Assembly (NCBI GenBank): GCA_043228905.1 | Contig: JBHGNT010000003.1 | Span: 11,532,001 to 11,596,000 of the forward strand | DNA: 64,000 bases | Direction: 5' to 3' | Source: Azolla caroliniana | Taxonomy: Eukaryota; Plantae; Polypodiophyta | Shown: piece by piece, positions 59,592 to 64,000 of the stretch | How the letters are laid out: the number at the start of each line of letters is the position of its first letter | Position numbering within the stretch: position 1 is the stretch's first letter | The notes under the pieces: model-generated | Told to the model about the DNA's origin: nothing | What the model saw: only the letters and a program-made list of their open reading frames with translations | Databases searched by the model: none | Made by a program: the position numbers and the translations under genes

Positions 59592-60704
59592 GCTAGATGA
59601 GGAGGCGCGTCGGAAGGATAAAGATACGAGCTCCGACTCCAAAGTGCTCCTTACCGAATCAGAACGCAGAAGACATAGAAACCGTAGTCCTCAGAACCGG
59701 GAGAAGTCGGGGACACGGTCAAAGTCAAGGGGGAGGCCTACTTGCTTCTATTGCGGCAAGCCGGGACACTTCCAAAAGAACTGTCGGCATTTCCGTAAAG
59801 ACAAGGAAACCGACGGTACCGATTCAAAGCAAACCCCGAGCCGGAACGGTACAGACCGGAACGGTAAAGAACAGAGGGGGCCGGACCGGAAGGGAACGAC
59901 GGCAATCGCGGCAAGTGAAGAGGAGTTGATGTTCATCACCGAGGAGAGTGAGATAAACCTTGCCGGCGACGAGATGACCTGGGTGGTAGACTCCGGAGCG
60001 TCGTTCCACCTTACCCCGGACCAGAAATGCTTCTCATCCTATTCAGCCGGTGATCACGGCTGTGTCCAGATGGGGAATGAAGGAACATGCCGAATTGTCG
60101 GCATAGGAGACGTGTGGCTGACAACACCAACCGGATGCAAGTTGTTGCTGAAGGATGTCCGACACGTTCCGGAAGTTCGTCTGAACCTGATATCAGCCAG
60201 TCAGCTAGATGATGAAGGCTACACGGGTAGCATCCGGAACGGTGTCATGATGTTCAGCAAAGGGAGCTTGATTGTGGCTCGGGCCCGGAAGGTAAACACG
60301 TTGTACCTGATGAATGCCCGGTTATGTCCGGAAGAAGTGAACGTGGCATCCGACACTGCCGGTGAGCTGTGGCACAAGAGGTTGTGTCATATGAGCGAGA
60401 AGGGGATGAAGAGGCTTGCAGACGACAACCTCATTCCAGTGAAGAACGTGCACTGGGAGAAGTGCACTGATTGTTTGGCCGGTAAGCAGAACCGGACCTC
60501 CTTTCGATCAAGGCCACCGATGAGACGTAATGCACCACTGGAGTTGGTGCATACGGATGAGTGTCAAGTAGACTCGAAGTCACATGCTGGAGCGCAGTAC
60601 TTCGTGACGTTCATAGATGACCACAGCCGGAAGCTGTGGGCCACACCGCTGAAGACGAAGGATCAGGTGTTATCCGTCTTCAAAGAGCTCCACGCGAGAG
60701 TGGA

Positions 60705-61124
60705 TGTTATTCTCTTAGCCGGACAAGGCCTAACACAAGGTGTCACGGAGACACTTCACCAAAGGGTGATTACGGCATAGGATTAAGATTCAACGATTAC
60801 ACCGACTTACGTAGGTTACACGATTAGATTGCTTTGGTTAATTACACGCGTAAGATATAACAGTGATTACAGAACGGAAATCAAGACAGAAGTATAAACA
60901 ACATAAGCTCTACTAATTATCCGCTGTCATTACAATAGGGTCCGGGCCTTTAAATAGGTTTCCGGCCCGTAGTACAAAACGGTGCCTCTCGCACCTATTC
61001 GGGATCCGTCCGGATCTGGAACGGCATACCGTTTCCAGTCCGTCCGTCCACACTTTGCTCATTTACAACCATATCTAATTAATTCCTTCACTCCGTATTT
61101 TGGACTCCTTGCCGGCCGGTAACA
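60705..61124 (-). repeat. 3' LTR of G
   Basis: 5-bp inverted ends and a sharp junction with the D coding sequence. Minus-strand CCTATTTAAAGG resembles CCTATAAAAGG in B. The partner LTR is outside the window. Confidence 0.8.
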
Positions 61125-61126
61125 CA

Positions 61127-61143
61127 TGGCACGCCCGTGGGAC
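61127..61143 (-). other. Sense tRNA-3'-end-like motif at the PPT position of G
   Basis: The coding strand reads GTCCCACGGGCGTGCCA-TG-LTR, 16/17 identical to the motif in B. Confidence 0.78.
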
Positions 61144-61176
61144 AGTACCTTGTACGTCGAACCCTTCTCGGCCCCT

Positions 61177-62292
61177 TCATTGTTCACCCAAATTGTTCAA
61201 AATAGTTTGTTCAAGAATTTCCACTTGTTCTTCCGGTTGTGGTTGTTGCGGCTGTGCTTGCTGCTGCTGCTGTGGTTGCGGTTGGGACTGAGGCTGCTCC
61301 GGCTGCTCTGCTTGCTGCTGCTGCTCCGTTTGTTTCGCTGACTCCGGCTGCTCCGTTTGTCTCTCTGGCTCCGGCATCTCCGTTTGACTGCTTCTGGTCC
61401 GGTCTCCTTCCAGTAACGGTTCCTCATCACTGAGGTTGACCGTAACTGGTTCTCGTTCTTTCTCTCCCCGGATCCGGGACCTCTCGTAGCTTTCAAACTG
61501 GATCTGCGCCTCCAGCCTGTCGTCGTCCAGCTGAGCTACAAGTTGCCGGACTTGCTCTAATTGGTCTTCTGCCAAGGCTTGAAAGTCTTCGGCAAGCTCA
61601 TCCCTTATGCCGGTGAAGTCTTCGGAAGTCAGCATATAGCAATCATCTCCCTCCTTCCGCCGGTTCTCTACGTCAGCCCGGAGCAATTGGAGTTCCGCCG
61701 CGTTCGTGGCCCACTTGGTCCACCATTTGACGGACCCGTTGTCAATCAAGCTCTTGGTCTGGTTCAACCAGGCCCGCATTATATCCTGGATGCGACTTGC
61801 TCCCATTTGTGCTCTGCTTTCCACCACTTGTCGCTCCTCCTTCAACTGCTTGATGAGATTTGCCGTATCCTCCGCCTGCTCCCTGTAGCGCGTCAGCTGC
61901 CCTTGATATGTCGTTTGCAGCCTCTGCAGTACCTCCGCCGCTCTTTCTTTTTCCGCCTGCTGTTGCCTGAGGAGCTCTGTCCGAACCTTCTCCGCCTCTT
62001 CCAACCGTCTTCTGTTTTCCGCTTGTTCCTTGGCGAATGCGGTTGCGGTCCGATCAACTGCTTGCCGGAGCTCATCCGTCCGTTCCTTGTGCTCCGTTTG
62101 CAACCGTTTCCACTGTCTTGGTGCTTCTGTGCTTCTTGGCTCGCGAAATGAAAAGGTCTCCATGCGTTCTGCTTCTTCTTTGTGCGTTTTGGCGCCTTTT
62201 TCGAGCATGCACACGTCGTGTACCAATTTAGTATTAAGTAGCGTGGCGTCTCTTAAATGCCCACTACGTACCTTTTCGCGCCTTGCTTTCAC
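61177..62292 (-). CDS. Extra ORF3 of G, a predicted coiled-coil protein with a Q/P/E-rich tail (371 aa; start uncertain)
   Basis: Open frame between pol and the 3' LTR, E/R/Q/A-rich, and homologous to ORF3 of B. Confidence 0.75.
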   Translation of the reverse strand: MKARREKVRSGHLRDATLLNTKLVHDVCMLEKGAKTHKEEAERMETFSFREPRSTEAPRQWKRLQTEHKERTDELRQAVDRTATAFAKEQAENRRRLEEAEKVRTELLRQQQAEKERAAEVLQRLQTTYQGQLTRYREQAEDTANLIKQLKEERQVVESRAQMGASRIQDIMRAWLNQTKSLIDNGSVKWWTKWATNAAELQLLRADVENRRKEGDDCYMLTSEDFTGIRDELAEDFQALAEDQLEQVRQLVAQLDDDRLEAQIQFESYERSRIRGEKEREPVTVNLSDEEPLLEGDRTRSSQTEMPEPERQTEQPESAKQTEQQQQAEQPEQPQSQPQPQQQQQAQPQQPQPEEQVEILEQTILNNLGEQ

Positions 62293-62315
62293 ACCCGTTC
62301 ATACCTCGATTTTTA

Positions 62316-62319
<4 letters not shown>

Positions 62320-62361
<42 letters not shown>

Positions 62362-62365
62362 TTTT
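62320..62365. repeat. Poly(T) tract (poly(A) on the coding strand of G)
   Basis: T33-AAA-T10 between the pol stop and ORF3. Confidence 0.9.
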
Positions 62366-62382
62366 AATGACGGTGTGTGACC

Positions 62383-63999
62383 TTACACATCCGTAGGTCC
62401 CTTCGGACCCTGACCGTTTTCCTTACGGGTTGCCGTGTCTTCCTTCGTCTCTACTACGGGTTCCCCGTCGTCTTTTTCTTCCGGATCGATCCGTACCGAT
62501 CCCGGACAGGTTCCTGGTATAGTGCCGGTGAGCTGCATAAACGGGTTCTTTGGCATCGGTCCTTTATAGGGCTTTAGTCGAAATCCATTCACCCACTTGC
62601 CTAGTACTTCCCCGGCAAGTGTCCCTATCTGATAGGACCCGTTGTATTCCCGTGTCAGCCAATACGGGCCTGTCCATCTGAACCGGAGTTTACCCGGCAT
62701 CTTGCCCATCCTCGTTTGGAATACTAGCACCGGCTTTCCGATTTCGAACATCTTCTCATTACCTTTCCGGTGACGGTCAACGAACGCTTTCCGTCGTCGT
62801 TGCTCCAGTTCCATGTGTAGGATGCTGGCCAGCCGTTGCTCCTCCAGTTCGCATAGTGCTGCTAGCCGCATTTCCTCCGACTTCTTTTCATTCAGCCGTT
62901 CCCGTAGTTGGATCCGTAAGCTTGGTACCTGAAACTCGACCGGCATGACCGCTTCTAAGCCGAATGCTAGCCGGAACGGCGTTGTCCGGATACTTGTTTT
63001 GTATGCCGTTCGGTACGCCCATAGCGCACTATGGAGCTTTGTGTCCCAGTCCGTCCGGTTTTCATTGACAATTTTGCGGAGAATGTTCTGCAGCGTTTTG
63101 TTGGTGGACTCTGCTAACCCGTTCGCCTGTGGGTAGTACGGTGTGCTTCTTTTATGGACCACGGCATAGAACGTTGTTAAGCTTTCCACTACCTGGCCGA
63201 GGAAGTGGCCTCCTTGGTCGCTGATTAATTCAATCGGACATCCATATCGGCACCAAATGTTTTCGTACAGGAATTTTGCTGTGGATGACGCGGTGTTGTC
63301 TCTCAGGGCCTTTGCTTCCACCCATTTAGTGCAATAATCCGTTGCCACGATGACATAACGATTACCCGTTCTCATTGCCGGTGGCTTGAACGGTCCGACA
63401 AAATCCAACCCCCACTTCTGGAATGGCTCTAGTGGAAGTACCGGTTGGTGTGGCATCCGTGCTTGCTCCGTAGGCTGGCCCATTCGTTGGCATAGGTCAC
63501 ATTCCTTAGCATACTTGACGGCGTCTTTTAACGTCGTGGGCCACCATAAGCCGCTCTGCCATACTTTCCTCGCCGTCGCTTCCCCGGCATAGTGTCCTCC
63601 GGCAACCCCACAGTGTGCTTCCCGTAAGATTACTTCTTTCTCGTCACTACGGACTGCCCGTCGCCATATTCCATCTGCTCCTTTGTGGTAGAGAGTGTCC
63701 CGTAACAGACAGAAATTGCGGCTCTGCACCGCTAGTCGTTTCCTCTCGTCCCGGTTCATTTCTTCCGGTGGTAGGCCCGTGCTTAGGAACTGGTGCATAT
63801 TTGTCAGCCATTTATCTTCTGATGCCACCGTGTCTTCCGCTGCCGTTTCCGGGGTGATACGGAATAACTCCGCGTCCGGGAATTCATCCGCTACTCCGTC
63901 GCCTGGTTCTCCGGACTCTAACCGGCTTAGATAGTCTGCTACGGCATGCTGGATACCGGGCCGGTGGAAAATCTCGAATTCGAACTCCTGCAACAGCAA
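62383..63999 (-). CDS. pol: pol of G: end of RNase H plus integrase (5' partial)
   Basis: [47 protein letters not shown] and WTGPY. Uninterrupted, with no chromodomain. Confidence 0.95.
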   Translation of the reverse strand: MLLQEFEFEIFHRPGIQHAVADYLSRLESGEPGDGVADEFPDAELFRITPETAAEDTVASEDKWLTNMHQFLSTGLPPEEMNRDERKRLAVQSRNFCLLRDTLYHKGADGIWRRAVRSDEKEVILREAHCGVAGGHYAGEATARKVWQSGLWWPTTLKDAVKYAKECDLCQRMGQPTEQARMPHQPVLPLEPFQKWGLDFVGPFKPPAMRTGNRYVIVATDYCTKWVEAKALRDNTASSTAKFLYENIWCRYGCPIELISDQGGHFLGQVVESLTTFYAVVHKRSTPYYPQANGLAESTNKTLQNILRKIVNENRTDWDTKLHSALWAYRTAYKTSIRTTPFRLAFGLEAVMPVEFQVPSLRIQLRERLNEKKSEEMRLAALCELEEQRLASILHMELEQRRRKAFVDRHRKGNEKMFEIGKPVLVFQTRMGKMPGKLRFRWTGPYWLTREYNGSYQIGTLAGEVLGKWVNGFRLKPYKGPMPKNPFMQLTGTIPGTCPGSVRIDPEEKDDGEPVVETKEDTATRKENGQGPKGPTDV

Positions 64000-64000
64000 G

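Larger units (their letters stand above)
52785..60704 (+). mobile_element. Ty1/copia element D, interrupted by E and then G; remainder presumably beyond the window
   Basis: 5' LTR 52785-53704, PBS TGGTATCAGAGC at 53707-53718, then gag, PR, GAG-pre-integrase and INT. Confidence 0.92.
53733..60704 (+). pseudogene. gag-pol: Polyprotein of D in two pieces (53733-54280 and 59597-60704)
   Basis: Removing E and one GCTAG gives in-frame SSLL-DEEARRKDK. CFYCGKPGHFQKNC, WVVDSGAS and LWHKRLCHMS follow. Confidence 0.9.
60705..64000 (-). mobile_element. Ty3/gypsy element G (relative of B), 3' part only
   Basis: It interrupts the D integrase at 60704. LTR TGTTA...TAACA at 60705-61124. Its integrase aligns closely with that of B. 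Confidence 0.9.

Noticed and set aside
61127-61170. Possible tRNA gene or tRNA-derived SINE
   Set aside because: Only about 17 nt of 3' end including CCA is present. There is no cloverleaf or A box.
61177-62292. ORF3 as an env-like gene or captured host myosin-like gene
   Set aside because: No hydrophobic segment is visible. The similarity would be compositional only, and its one clear homologue is in element B.

Overview
This window is almost entirely nested plant-type transposable elements. I found no host gene, RNA gene or CRISPR array. The element mix suggests a non-seed plant such as a moss (inference only). Four nests can be rebuilt from LTR pairs and target-site duplications (TSDs). 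(1) A minus-strand LINE is interrupted by a Tcn1/Tf1-like chromovirus A (4583-10303). (2) An L1-like LINE is interrupted by non-chromovirus gypsy B (13892-27305), which holds a truncated copia C and a copia solo LTR. (3) Decayed copia I holds a MITE and a tRNA-Trp-primed gypsy H (30702-51361). H in turn holds decayed copia F (with a TIR element inside) and a very young intact chromovirus J (41191-48210). (4) Copia D is interrupted by intact copia E (54281-59591) and by gypsy G (60705 to the window end). The most striking observation is in the related gypsies B and G. Neither has a polypurine tract at the 3' LTR. Both instead carry a conserved sense copy of a tRNA-Arg-like 3' end whose CCA ends 2 nt before the LTR, which suggests tRNA-primed plus-strand synthesis or an antisense genomic RNA. 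They also share a conserved coiled-coil third ORF. Element A shows heat-shock elements, a self-priming signature and a -1 frameshift signal. Element J has a hairpin array inside a probable leader intron. All alignments were done by eye, and tRNA and clade assignments come from memory and need database checks.
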